Origin: Octopus sinensis
Taxonomy: Eukaryota
Assembly: GCF_006345805.1 (NCBI RefSeq)
Contig: NC_043000.1
Location: 10,354,001 to 10,418,000, forward strand
Direction of reading: 5' to 3'
Length of the DNA stretch: 64,000 nucleotides
The translations under genes were made by a program, and so were the position numbers. The notes beneath the pieces were generated by a model, which was not told where the DNA came from, ran no database searches, and saw nothing but the letters and a program-made list of their open reading frames with translations. This document shows, in pieces, positions 1 to 12,735 of this stretch. How positions within the stretch are numbered: position 1 is the stretch's first letter; every line of letters starts with the position of its first letter.

Positions 1-519
1 AATAACCTGCTTAAAACTAATGCAGAAACCACTTGGTTGCGAACCTAACTTTTTAACGATACAATTATTAAAGATCTAATACAAATAACCTGCTTAAAAC
101 TAATGGTTATTTATAGCAGAGGCTCAAAAATTTAGAGCGAGCAATGCCATTTTCAGTCATGGGCGCACTTGGTCATTACCCAGGGCCCCTCAGGCTTAGG
201 GACTAAGTGCGAACCTGTGTATGCTGTGCTTGTGTAGATAGGGGCTCCAGTACATTCATTGTTTTGCTCGGTGGCTTGGATATGGGCGAAGAGCGAGCTA
301 GAATACTATTAAGACGGCTTTCGGGGCGAGGATACTGTCAATTCAATCGACCGTAGTAACCACAAGTGCCAATTGTGGTGAGGTAGTTTGTGTTCCTCAA
401 TTACCCTGAGGGCTATTCTATCAGAGCACAATCTCCTTGTTGGACCTTCCAAACTGGACAGGTCAAAGGATAGAGGTCAGACTAATGTGTACCACCTCGA
501 TTTCAGCAGAATTTGAACT

Positions 520-812
520 CAGAACGCAGCAGCGGACGAAATACCACAAAGCATTTCGCCCGGCGTGCTAGCGTTTCTTATTTCTTTATTGCCCACAAGG
601 GGCTAAACATAGAGGGGACGAACAAGGACAGACACACGGATTAAGTCGATTATATTGACCCCAGTGCGTAACTGGTACTTAATTTATCGACACCGAAAGG
701 ATGAAAGGCAAAGTCGACCTCGGCGGTATTTGAACTCAGAACGTAACAGCAGACGAAATACGGCTGTGCATTTCGCCCGGCGTGCTAACGTTTCTGCCAG
801 CTCGCCGCCTTA
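520..812 (-). mobile_element. SINE family B (ggcggcgagctggcag head)
   Basis: gaggtcgactttgcctttcatcctttcggggtcgat core, shared by >12 copies. Confidence 0.88.
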
Positions 813-1002
813 CAGAACTACATATTAATGGTAAGTTGTATCTAATCGTGAAAGCAAATTATAAAATAGATTTTTTTTTTAATTATTTCTTTTTTAAATA
901 AATTGATTTATTGTTATTTTTGCAGAGCGAAATCTAAATTCTCAGTTGTGTTGATTGTCAACGAGGATTTGTGACAGCGATTTTAATCTATTGCATTTAT
1001 TT

Positions 1003-1247
1003 TTTGCAGCGTTCAAAGTGTTTATAAGCCATCTAAAAAGCACACAAAACACCGTTAGATTCACTTTGAAAGCGCGACCTCTTCACTGACAAAACTTCGT
1101 GCTGCATCACGATATGTTGTCAGTGAACGGGTCCCGGTTTCAATGCGACGAAAATATTTTGACACAAATTAAATTTAAATGTTGAAGTGAATCAAACGGT
1201 TTTTGTGTGCTTTTTAAATGGCTTATAAACACCTTCCACGCTGCAAT
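1003..1247. mobile_element. MITE with ~60 bp imperfect TIRs
   Basis: tgcagcg...gtgtttataagccat...gcacacaaaaaccg pairs with cggtttttgtgtgc...atggcttataaacac...cgctgca. Confidence 0.7.
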
Positions 1248-1685
1248 TGTTTTTTTGTTTCAACACACAATCTCAGATCAAGTCACTTGCTATGCAAGTA
1301 CATCCCCGTAACATTTATTTTTTGTTTCACTTAAAAAGAGACATAATCAATATTTACTGATGGCTACCATTAACTTAGATTAACGCAGCTTGTAGATATA
1401 CAGTAATAGGCTCAAAGTAGAAAGTGCTCTGCTAATATCTTCTACAATATCGTGAGATGATTTTAAACCCATTAGTCAAATGACTACAACTTCGCTGCTC
1501 AGCACAAAGAATATCAATTTTGAAATATCTGACCACCATTAAATGCGAAACGCAATTTCGTGATTGTCAAAATGTTTTCTCAGGAGACATTGACCGCTAA
1601 TGATATATAGTCCTATCATTATTGTTTTGCTAACTATAAAGACCATTTTGTACGTGCACGCGTGTTGCGTGTACATGTGAATGCG

Positions 1686-1687
1686 TG

Positions 1688-1767
<80 letters not shown>

Positions 1768-1984
1768 ATGTATGTATGTATGTATATGTATGTATGTATA
1801 TATATGTATGTATGTATATATATGTATGTATATGTATATATATGTATATGTATATATATGTATATGTATATATATATGTATGTGTGTATATGTATATATA
1901 TATATGTGTGTATATGTATATATGTGTATATATGTGTATATATGTATATATATATGTATATACATGTGTGTGTGTGTATATATG

Positions 1985-2019
<35 letters not shown>

Positions 2020-2107
2020 ATGTATATATATATATATTTGTGTGTATATATATATGTGTGTATATATATACATATATGTGTATGTGGTGTACATATTTGT
2101 TCGAGAA

Positions 2108-2144
<37 letters not shown>

Positions 2145-2225
2145 ATGTCTATGTGTGTGAGAGAGAGCGAAAGAGAGAGAGAGAGAGAGAGAGAGAGTGT
2201 GTGTGTGTGTGTGGTGTGTGTGTGT

Positions 2226-2261
<36 letters not shown>

Positions 2262-2262
2262 C
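1686..2262. repeat. Compound (TA)n/(TATG)n/(TG)n/(GA)n microsatellite
   Basis: Seen directly. Confidence 0.98.
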
Positions 2263-2597
2263 GAAGGGAAAGGTATAATTAACTGACGCCATTAATGAAG
2301 CATAGGTAAGCGTGGCCAATCGGTTGGGTATCGGACAAAACTCTGCTAGGCTCATTACGTTTTCAGTTCGAATTCATCCGAGGTCGACTCGACCTTTCAT
2401 CCTTTCGGTGTGGATAAAATGAGTACCAATTGAGCAGTTAGATCTTAGTACCTTAGATCGACTTAGTACCTCCCCACAGAATTTCAAGCCTTGTGTCTAT
2501 ATTAGAAATAATTAATAAAGTATAAATAGAAAACCTAATCTGCCGTCCGGTTTAACTATATTGTTTGGTCCTGGTATGTAATCAACGGGGATTGTTG

Positions 2598-3007
2598 GGA
2601 TCTTTTCGGTTTGAACGGCAGTTTTTAACATAATTTCTAGGTAACTAAAGAATTTTAAACTTCGTATACTGGTAGAATGTGTTTATAAAATATATTTTTC
2701 TCTTGGCTTTATTGAGAAAATTCTATAGTTTGTAAGATATTTGTTGGTTTTTTTCTTCAATTTCTGCAATTTCAACCAATCACTGACGTCTATTGAGTTA
2801 AAAAGCATTCTGTGCTGTATGAATATGTCCCTCGTTTAAGAAACACATTGGGTTTATTTACATTTGTGAAGAAAAAAAGATACCCTTCCCCCACCCCTAC
2901 CCCTAAAAGAGATTGAAATGCAATAGATCGATACTAGGGTCATAATTATGGGTGACAATTTCATATGACACCGCTAGAAAAAACTGCCGTTCAAACCGAA
3001 AAGATCC
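2598..3007. mobile_element. MITE with GGATCTTTTCGGTTTGAACGGCAGTTT TIRs and 8 bp TSD
   Basis: ~27 bp TIRs; TSD GATTGTTG on both sides. Confidence 0.9.
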
Positions 3008-3504
3008 GATTGTTGCAATCATCCAGACCAAGTCATCAGTTTAAGGAGAATTCAACATCCTGATACATTACTTCTTGGTGTAGGAACCTATGGCACACAA
3101 GCCACCACATCACATCATATACTGTCCTTGGTGATGGATAAGGGACGAGGGGACGGTCCACCCCGAACGATTCTTTTATGGTGGTGGCACTTTTTGGTCT
3201 GCTGTATAGGGATCCCTGTACAGGGGACAGCAAACTCAAGGATTGTCATGGATGGCACACATTCTGGACACATCAACATACTTGGTAAGTAATCCCTCAC
3301 CAACACACTTCAAACACTAACCCAAAGATACGCTTTTTTTTTTTTTAATATCCCCCACTGATTCTATAAAATGTCAAGTTATGTACCACCTCTGCTCCGA
3401 CTTTTCCTTCTCCCATTTTCCCTAAGTGTCTTATTTGCCCTACGATAAAAAAAAAACATGCTAAACCCATTCGTCCTAATCTCCCTGCTCACGTTTTTTC
3501 TATA

Positions 3505-3677
3505 GGCGCAGGAGTGGCTGTGTGGTAAGTAGCTTGCTTACCAACCACATGGTTCCGGGTTCAGTCCCACTGCGTGGCACCTTGGGCAAGTGTCTTCTAC
3601 TATAGCCTCGGGCCGACCAAAGCCTTGTGAGTGGATTTGGTAGATGGAAACTCAAAGAAGCCAGTCGTATATATGCA

Positions 3678-3720
<43 letters not shown>

Positions 3721-3925
3721 CTGTGTTTGTCCCCCTAGCATTGCTTGACAACCGACGGTGGTGTGTTTACGTCCCCTGTCACTTAGCGGTTCGGCAAAAA
3801 AGACCGATAGAATAAGTACTGGGCTTACAAAGAATAAGTCCTGGGGTCGATTTGTTCGACTAAAGGCGGTGCTCCAGCATGGCCACAGTCAAATGACTGA
3901 AACAAGTAAAAGAGTAAAAGAGTAA
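3505..3925 (+). mobile_element. SINE family A (tRNA-like head, internal TA/TG microsatellite), full length
   Basis: ggcgcaggagtggctgtgtggtaag...ggttcagtccc...tgactgaaacaagtaaaagag; >15 copies in the window. Confidence 0.9.
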
Positions 3926-4582
3926 TCATCAATTTATAGCATGTCAAACTGAAAAGCGACTCAGCAGATTAACTATTCTGAGAGGTGATGGGGTCTGTAA
4001 AAAGACATGCGAATTAAACCTTCTTCTCTGGCCAAAAAGAAAAATAAATCGCACATAATTCCGCCCGCACATACAGACATAACATGTGTAGGGAAACAAT
4101 AATGAATAAAATAAGAATGAAATAAAGAAGACGGGAAATAATAGTGACTGATGAACGACTAAAGGTTAAAGTTTAAGATCATCTGAAAATTTATACAGGA
4201 AAAATTATTATAAATGGATTTGTTTAAAAGCAATAAAATATTCTGAAACACGAATTCTTTGCTAAATTTTGAATTAGATTTTATGAAAAATATTTAATGA
4301 CGAAGTTTTTAGAAAATTCCAATAATCAGTATTGGCTGCGATCGTAATTAGTTGAATCAAAAACAATGTTGCAGAACAGCTCTAAGCTTAAGCAAACTTA
4401 TTGCGTTAATATTAAAATTTATAGCAAAACATCAAATGTTGTTTTATGTTTTATTTCCCTTCTATGTTGCCTATGTTAGCTTGACAAAATGACTTCAGCA
4501 TGTTTTGAGTGTTTCTCCTCCAACTCGAACGCACAAAGGTCATGGAGACATTTGCTCCTCACCTAGTAGCGTAGCTAGGTGG

Positions 4583-4968
4583 ATGGAAGCACTCCGTCGG
4601 TTACGACGATGAGGGTTCCGGTTGATCCGAATCAACGGAACAGCCTGCTCGTGAAATTAACGTGTTAGTGGCTGAGCACTCCACAGACACGTGCACCCTT
4701 AACGTAGTTCTCGGGGATATTCAGCGTGACACAGAGAGTGACAAGGCCGGCCCCTTGAAATACAGGTACAACAGAAACAGGAAGTAAGAGTGAGAGAAAG
4801 TTGTGGTGAAAGAGTACAGCAGGGATCACCACCATCCCCTGCCGGAGCCTCGTGGAGCTTTTAGGTGTTTTCGCTCAATAAACACTCACAACGCCCGGTC
4901 TGGGAATCGAAACCACGATCCTATGACCGCGAGTCCGCTGCCCTAACCACTGGGCCATTGCGCCTCCA
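4583..4968 (-). mobile_element. SINE, head H1 + tail T1
   Basis: tRNA-like head ggcgcaatggcccagtggttagggcagcgg; tail gtacctgtatttcaagggg...ccgacggagtgcttcc. Confidence 0.85.
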
Positions 4969-5216
4969 CAAAGCGTAGCGAGGTATTTGGTGAGGAGACA
5001 GATCACCTCGGGCGACGCTTTTATGGGACTGCGCTTTTTTTGTCGTTGTATAGACGTCCTTGTATAGGAGACAGCAAACTCAGGGGCTGTCGCGAGCAGC
5101 ATACATTCTAGCTATTGCCCTAATCAAACCTGAACGAGCAAACCTATAAGCAAAGACATTCCATCCTTTTGTTTCAAACTATCTATATCTAGGCATATAT
5201 TCTTTTCTTCTCTAGG

Positions 5217-5585
5217 CACAAAGCCTGAAATTTTGGAGAGGGGGCCAGTCGATTACATCGACCCCAGTACGTAACTGGCACTTAATTTATCGACCCCGAA
5301 AGGATGAAAGGCAAAGTCGACCTCGGCGGAATTTGAACTCAGAACGAAGCGGCAGACGAAATACCTATTTCTTTACTACCTACAAGGGGCCAAACACAGA
5401 GAGGAGAAACAAGGACAGACGATTATATCGACTCTAGCGCGTAACTGGTACTTAATTTATCGACCCCGAAAGGATGAAAGGCAAAGTCGACCTCGGCGGA
5501 ATTTGAACCCAGAACGTAACGGCAGACGAAATACCGCTAAGCATTTCGCCCAGCGTGCTAACGTTTCTGCCAGCTCACCGCCTTA
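5217..5585 (-). mobile_element. SINE family B, two tandem body units
   Basis: Core repeated twice. Confidence 0.88.
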
Positions 5586-6047
5586 TCTAGGTCTATATTA
5601 TTCAGTGTTCCCTTTCGCTTTCAAATGATATGTGTGATTTTAGAAAGATCTGGCTGTTATTTCTAGCATGGACATTTTTCAATCTCATCATAGAGAATGT
5701 CAAATGACTTTTCGTTTCCTATAAATTTCAAAACTTGCTTAGTCATTCAGTCATCATCCGTTCATCGTAATGGCGTCTTTTAGTCGTTTGCAGAGGCTTT
5801 TGGGATGCAATAGCTGAAAGAAATATATGACGAAACTAAAAGTATCGGGGTCAGATTTTGATCTTGACACCATCTAACAATACACCACGAACATCAGCTT
5901 CCAGTCTTAACTGTACTCATTCTTGGCAAACACTCGAATATGTCTGCATAATTTTTCAAGAATTCGTTGGAAATAAGCACCACGTACTACTACCTATCTA
6001 ACGGCACTCGAAGTGAAGACACCAGCCAGACGCTATTTGACTTCAGG

Positions 6048-6345
6048 CTCTTTACTCTTTTACTTGTTTCAGTCTTATTCTATCGGTCGCCTTTGCTGAA
6101 CCGCCAAGTTACGGTGACGTAAACACACCAGCATCGGTTATCAAGTGATGTTGGGGTGACAAACACAGACACACAAACATATACATACACACACACACAT
6201 ATATATATATATATACGACGGGCTTCTTTCAGTTTCCGTCTACCAAATCCACTCACAAGGCTTTGGTCGACCCGAAGCTATAGTAGAAGACACTTGCCCA
6301 AGGTGCCGCGCAGTGGGATTGAACCCTGAACCATGTGGTTCGTAT
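6048..6345 (-). mobile_element. SINE family A, internally deleted
   Basis: Homology to 3505-3925. Confidence 0.85.
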
Positions 6346-6693
6346 TTTAAGCACAAATTGCCATATCTTATCGTAGAATCCCTCAACTTTCCACCCAGAC
6401 CTGAATACTGCGATACTAGTTACACTACAACACACACACAAAGCGTTAAACTTATACATTTATTAAAACATGTTCCTCGTGTTTTCTTTCTTTTCCTGTT
6501 GATTATTTTTACACACACGCACGCACACATACACACACTTTAATATTATAATATTCCGCATAGATTTTGATCAACAAAGTTAGCCACAGCCATTAGTCTC
6601 TTGGCCAACCAACGATAAACAGTAGAACTTTCGACTTGCTTTATTCTGCTCACTTGCATTTCACTACATATCATGAGTAAAATTTCAGTTAAA

Positions 6694-6876
6694 GGCGTAA
6701 GAGTGGCTGTGTGGTAAGTAGCTTGCTTACCAACCACATGGTTCCGGGTTCAGTCCCACTGCGTGGCACCTTGGGCAAGTGTCTTCTACTATAGCCTCGG
6801 GCCGACCAAAGCCTTGTGGGTGGATTTGGTAGACGGAAACTGAAAGAAGCACGTCGTATATACATGTGTGTGTGTG

Positions 6877-6916
<40 letters not shown>

Positions 6917-7142
6917 GTGTGTATGTGTTTGTGCGTCTGTGTTTGTTCCTCCAACATCGCTTGAGAACCGATGCTGGTGTGTTTACGTCCCTGCAACTTA
7001 GCGGTTCGGCAAAAGAGACTGATAGAATAAGTACTGGGCTTACAAAGAATAAGTCCTGGGGTCGATTTGCTCGACTAAGGGTGGTGCTCCAGGATGGCCA
7101 CAGTCAAATGACTGAAACAAGTAAAAGGTTAAAAGAGTAAAG
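6694..7142 (+). mobile_element. SINE family A
   Basis: Homology to 3505-3925. Confidence 0.9.
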
Positions 7143-7835
7143 TACATGTCCCTTCGTCATGTGGAAAATTATAAAAAGCTACTTCAGATTTTTTTATTTT
7201 TTTTCTTTCAAAATTCTGACTTTAGCCTCTGTTTTCCCAACTGATATATTATTCCGTTATGAGCAATTAACCGCATGGACTATTTTAAAGCAATTTCCCA
7301 TTATAAATATGAATTAATTATCCCTCAAACAAAATAATTACCTACTTAATTCCCACTTGTATTCGGAATACGCGCAAACTTATTGTGAAATGTGGTTTGA
7401 CGCGGCCTAGTGGTTAGAGCAGCGGACTCGCGGTCGAAGGATCGCGGGTTCGAATCTCAGACTGGGCGATGTGTGTGTTTATGAGCGAGACACCTAGGCT
7501 CCACGCGGCTCCGGCAGAAGGTAATGGCGAACTTCTGCTGACTCTTTCGCCACAACTTTCTCTCACTCTCTCCTCCTGCATCTTGCAGCTCACCTGCGAC
7601 GGACCGGCGTCCTGTCCAGATGGGTATCCTATACACCAAGGATACCGGGAAACCGGCCCTTATGAGCCAGGCGTGGCTCGAAAAGGAACAAACGGCAACA
7701 ACATATTGTTAAATAGTAATTGTATTCTCCTCCCCCCACCCTCATTATTCACTTCCTGTAGAGAAATATAGCGTTCGGGAAAGTCAGGGTCGTATGAATA
7801 TGAACCATCAATGTTTTGGATTGAGCATTCATTAC

Positions 7836-7979
7836 TATAGGTTGTCCCAAAAGTTCGTAGAAAGTCTTGGAAAATAATGGTCTTTATTTTGAGGAATAAT
7901 TTTTGTTGTTTTTGTTAGTACTTGGCGAGTAAAAATTCAATTTTCGCAAGTGTTTACGAACTTTTGGGACAACCTAATA
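7836..7979. mobile_element. Mariner-like MITE
   Basis: 22 bp TIR taggttgtcccaaaagttcgta, TA at the flanks. Confidence 0.75.
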
Positions 7980-8406
7980 CAATCGCACTGGAAGTCAAAA
8001 TTTAACCAAAAGAAAAATGAGTTAACCCAAACAATGGACTATTCAAAGCAAGAATATATTCTTATCAGGGGAGTTTCTTCACGTGAAAGATCTGATTAAT
8101 GACAGAAAATGTTGAAAGAAGGTCACGCAAAGGAAAACACGAAAGGATGTTGGTGACATACGAGAAAAGCGTAGAAAGTGAAAAGCGGATAGCAAGAATG
8201 AAAGGCAATAATAAGAGTGAAACTAGCAAACAAGGAGGTGAATAGAAATATGAAAGCAGTATTATTAGATGATGAAAAGGCAGCCAGACTGAAAGAGATA
8301 TTCAGAAGTAGGATGGAAAATACACCATTGCGGGTTCAATTCGACGAATTACCACCAATGATAACTTTTGAAGATATGTCGAATTTTCTGATATATTAAA
8401 AAAGGA

Positions 8407-8834
8407 GGATCTTTTCGGTTTGAACGGCAGTTTTTTCTAGCGGTGTCATGTGAAATTGTCACCCATAATTATGACCCTAGTATCGATCTATTGCATTTCA
8501 ATCTGTTTTAAGGTTAGAGTTGGTTAGAGGTGGAGGGAAGGGTATCTTTTTTCTTCAGAAATGTAAATAAACCCAATCTGTTTCTTAAACGAGGGACATA
8601 TTCACACGGCACAGAATGTTTTTTTTTTTACCTCAATAGACGTCAGTGATTAGTTGAAATTGCAGAAATTGAAGAAAAAAACCCAACAAATATCTTACAA
8701 ACCATAGAATTTTCTCAATAAAGCCAAGAGAAAAAGATCTTTTATAAACACATTCCACCAGTATACGAAGTTTAAAAGTGTTTAGTTACGTGGAAATTAT
8801 TTTAAAAAAACCACCGTTCAAACCGAAAAGATCC
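8407..8834. mobile_element. Same GGATC-TIR MITE (opposite orientation)
   Basis: Same TIRs and body; no TSD seen. Confidence 0.88.
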
Positions 8835-9671
8835 CAACTTTCTACTTTGTGGGGTAGAAAGCCATTTCATTATCATTATTTTTTCACACCTCATAAATCA
8901 TTCGTTAATCGTTATACGTACCCCACGTTTGTGTTGTCTGTCCATGTAGTGTCCCCTCTATATTTAGGCTTCATGCCGAGAATAAAAGCGAGTTTTGTTC
9001 GTCCCCTCTAAGTTGGCCCCTAGTGGGTAATAAAAAATCAGAGGGTTTCTCCACTCATTTTTATAAATTACTATGTTGCTTATAAAATTTTGAGTACTAC
9101 TACTACTCGATTCATCTCATTACAAAGAGCCACCACCACTTTCAGCCAGATGCAACTAATTTGATAACGAAGATGAGATTACCTGAAGTTACAAAAGGCA
9201 AACAGTTAATTATCTGGAAGGTAACCAAATTTATTATTTTTCAAAATAATTCCAACACTTGCAAATAAAACAAACTTTTGCTGGATACGAACATGAAAAG
9301 TAATAAATTTTTTTTTTTTTTAAATAGTAATACGACTTACCGAAGGCAAAATTATTCAAAACCTGTCGATGACTACTGAACAACTGGGAGCAGTTTTGAA
9401 GCAGAAAGAGTTCCACTTCAAAACTGCTCAAATGTGACTGATCGAGGCATTGACCAAGCAAGTGACAGTCCGGTCATCAAGTCGAGTCATAATTATAAAC
9501 AGCATCACGGAGTTCTATTATTGCCCTGATGCAGGCATGTTTTCTGTCACTTGATACGAAGGTATTAAAACAGAACTGAAGCACAGGGAAGGTGCATGTC
9601 GGGTCAGGCTTCTCTTGATGAAACTCAGTACAATAGACCACACAAAATATTACAATTTTTATCCTGCCAAA

Positions 9672-10235
9672 GGCGGCGAACTGGCAGAAACGTTAGCACG
9701 ACGGGCGAAATACGTTGAGGTATTTCGTCTGCCGTTGCGTTCTGAGCTCAAATTCCGCCGAGGTCGACTTTGCCTTTCATCCTTTCAGGGTCGATAAATT
9801 AAGTACCAGTTACACACTGGGGTCCATGTAATCGACTTAATCCATTTGTCTGTCCTTGTTTGTCCTCTCTATGTTTAGCCCCTTGTGGGTAGTAAAGAAA
9901 TAGGTATTTCGTCTGCCGTTACGTTTTGAGTTCAAATTCCACCGAGGTCGACTTTGCCTTTCATCCTTTCGGGGTCGATAAATTACGCCCTAGGGATCGA
10001 TATAATCGACTTAATCCGTTTGTCTGTCATTGTTTGTCCCCTCTATGTTTATTTATCCCCTTATGGGCAATAAAGAAATAAGAAACGTTAGCACACCGGG
10101 CGAAATGCTTAGCAGTATTTCGTCTGTCTTTTCTTACTGAGTTCAAATTCCGTCGAGGTCGACTTTGCCTTTCATCCTTTCGGGGTCGATCAATTAACTA
10201 CCAGTTGCGTACTGGTATCAATCTAATCGACCAAA
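9672..10235 (+). mobile_element. SINE family B, three tandem body units
   Basis: Core repeated at ~9760, 9945 and 10155. Confidence 0.88.
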
Positions 10236-10243
10236 ATTTCGGC

Positions 10244-11526
10244 CATACAACAGTCATAAATCTTTGGCAAGCGTTCATCGTTATTCAATATTAGATATCG
10301 GTGCATGAAGCTGTTTTTAAAATGAAGTTGAAGACTACATCACTTACGCAGGTAGTCACTCTTGAAAACGAATAGTTAAAGTTATCAGCCATGATAGAAA
10401 ACCATTTCAAATACTTAACTTTTATTTGCTGCTTACAGTCACATACAGACAGTGATGTGCGAACTAGATCATTGAGCAAAATTAAACAACTCCAGACACT
10501 ATGCTGCAAACAATCATACGAGTGCCAATGCCTTCTAAACCTCAAGCACAACATATCTACGAGTAATTTATTGGGGGACTTACCCTCTATCCTCACCTCT
10601 TAATATTGCCATGATGACTTCCAAGCAGTCTCCATCCTTTGCAGACGCTGAGGAATCGACACCACCATCGGTCTGCTGGCTGTGCGATGACTCGCTTCAT
10701 GTAGGGTAGTGTCCTACAAAAACCACAAGTGCTTAGTGTTCAAACGACATGGACACAAGAAAACCAATGCCCAGTAAGGAAGTTGGACCATACAAAGTGC
10801 GGATCTTTTCTGTTTGACAGCCACTTTTCAATTTCTTCAATTTCTGTATCAATTGACCTTATATTTAGTGCAATGATGTAGTTTTGTATGCTAATCATTG
10901 ACATGAAATTCAATTTCGCCATAAATCAAAGAACTTTTAAAGTTTGAAAATTTGGGGTAATTTTAGCCAATCGTAAGCCACAGACACCTTCTTGCAAGTT
11001 TCCATAGTAACAAGCCAAACATGAGAACTCTGTCTGCGAGAAAACACGTGTTGACAAATATATTCTATGCGGGAAAATTTACCCATCTGTTCGAAAGATT
11101 TTATGTTGTCTGTACCCATCTGTTGCTGTTTTTGAATATTTTGTTTGTTTTTTCTGCTGTTTTTTTTTTATATGGCAGCCAGCTCGTAGGACCTTGTGTA
11201 TATGATATAGACCCTTAAAACAGAGGAGGATGCGGTTTCTTACTTACAAGAGAAGGGTGTTGTCCCCAAAAGAAAATTATACCAAAACAAAAAAAAACAT
11301 TTTATGAACAAACAATATCGTGGTGAACACCTCTACCGACGGTGCTCCCTCAAACGTGTCGGTGAGGAAAAATATGTGGTTTGAAAAGTGGAACATTTCC
11401 TCTTTCAAGAGTGGTTACCTGCGTAAATGATGTAGTCTTCAACTTCATCATAAAAATAGCTTCATGCACCGATATCTAATATTGAATAACGATGAACGCT
11501 TGCCAAAGATTTATGACTGTTGTATG
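10244..11526. mobile_element. ~1.28 kb DNA transposon remnant with ~125 bp TIRs, Merlin-like
   Basis: 10244-10368 is the reverse complement of ~11403-11526; plus-strand TLKTEEDAVSYLQEKGVVPKRK...VRKNMWFEK resembles the N-terminus of Merlin/IS1595-type transposases (recognised from memory). Confidence 0.6.
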
Positions 11527-11622
11527 TTTTTTTCTTTTACTCATGAGCCAAGGAATTGACTTCAGTCCGATTTTGTGTAGAACTGGGGATGAGCCATTGC
11601 ACAGCTGTTGATTATAACTATG

Positions 11623-12021
11623 GGATCTTTTCGGTTTGAACGGCAGTTTTTTCTAGCGGTGTCATATTATGAACCTAGTATCGATCTATTGCATTTCAAT
11701 CTATTTTAGGGTTAGGGTTAGGGGTGGGGGAAGGGTATCTTTTTTTCTTCAGAAGTGTATATAAACCCAATCTGTTTCTTAAACGAGGGACATATTCATA
11801 CGGCACAGAATGTTGTTTACCTCAATGGACGTCAGTGATTGGTTGAAATTGCAGAAATTGAAGAAAAAAAACAACAAATATCTTACAAACTATAGAATTT
11901 TCTCAATAAAGCCAAGAGAAAAAGATCTTTTATAAACACATTCTACCAGTATACGAAGTTTAAAAGTGTTTAGTTACGTGGAAATTATTTTTAAAAACTG
12001 CCGGTCAAACCGAAAAGATCC
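11623..12021. mobile_element. Same GGATC-TIR MITE (opposite orientation)
   Basis: TSD TAACTATG. Confidence 0.9.
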
Positions 12022-12277
12022 TAACTATGTTCGGGAAATATGTGCGAAGGACCTGCTCCGTCATTCAGTTAAGATTGACGGTCCTGGGATTTTCCAGCTA
12101 CCGAAGCGTAGCTTCCTGCTCGTCCTTCATCTACAGCTATTTCAGGCATATTGTTATCCACTTCAAACGGGGGAAAAGACAACAAAACCCACACGCCTGC
12201 TGCACAAGCTGTGTGTTTTTGGTAAGCCAGCAACACATTTACAATAATCTTAACAATTTCAGCAGTTCAACGTACAC

Positions 12278-12494
12278 GCGCAGGAGTGGCTGTGTGGTAA
12301 GTAGCTTGCTTACCAACCACATGGCTCCGAGTTCAGTGGTGTGTTTACGTCCCCGTAACTTAGCGGTTCGGCAAAAGAGACCGATAGAATAAGTACTCGG
12401 CTTGCAAAGAATAAGTCCTGGGGTCGATTTGCTCGACTAAAGGCGGTGCTCCAGCATGGCCACAGTCAAATGACTGAAACAAGTAAAAGAGAGT
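12278..12494 (+). mobile_element. SINE family A, internally deleted
   Basis: Head joined directly to the 3' half. Confidence 0.85.
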
Positions 12495-12735
12495 ACCTGG
12501 GCAGAAGCCTTCAACAAAATGCTCAACAATCAATCGTTCGAGACTAAAATTAGTCGATCGCAGGAATACGTGATTCTATTCTAAATTGCGTGTAAACACT
12601 TCTCTTTGTTCTTTTGATTCCTCTATTTTTCTGTTTTAAGGACAGTTTTGTAGATGATAGTTTTTTTTAGCTGTGTGTTGTGTAATTTCGCAATAAATAA
12701 TACATTTATGCCATTTCTTTGTATTAGATTTTTTT

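Noticed and set aside
1-105. 22 bp direct repeat aataacctgcttaaaactaatg (1-22 and 84-105)
   Set aside because: Truncated by the window edge; most likely a simple local duplication.
1630-2282. Long YI/HT/VC-rich ORFs (also 41217-42336, 54911-55651, 57023-57371, 63460-63739)
   Set aside because: Translations of stop-free microsatellites, not genes.
3500-3815. Recurring peptides such as [52 protein letters not shown] (many ORFs)
   Set aside because: Translation of SINE family A copies.
6546-6690. Minus-strand peptide with SSTVYRW (HTH-like)
   Set aside because: Too short, partly SINE-derived ORF, and no TIRs or catalytic motifs nearby.
7400-7470. tRNA-like sequence with a perfect B box (also 4900-4968, 19440-19515, 33170-33235, 38055-38120)
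   Set aside because: No complete acceptor stem, and each continues into a SINE body; these are SINE heads.
11707-11730. TTAGGG/CCCTAA telomere-like motifs (also ~13780, 35230, 40765)
   Set aside because: Only 2-3 units and an internal part of the GGATC-TIR MITE, not interstitial telomere arrays.
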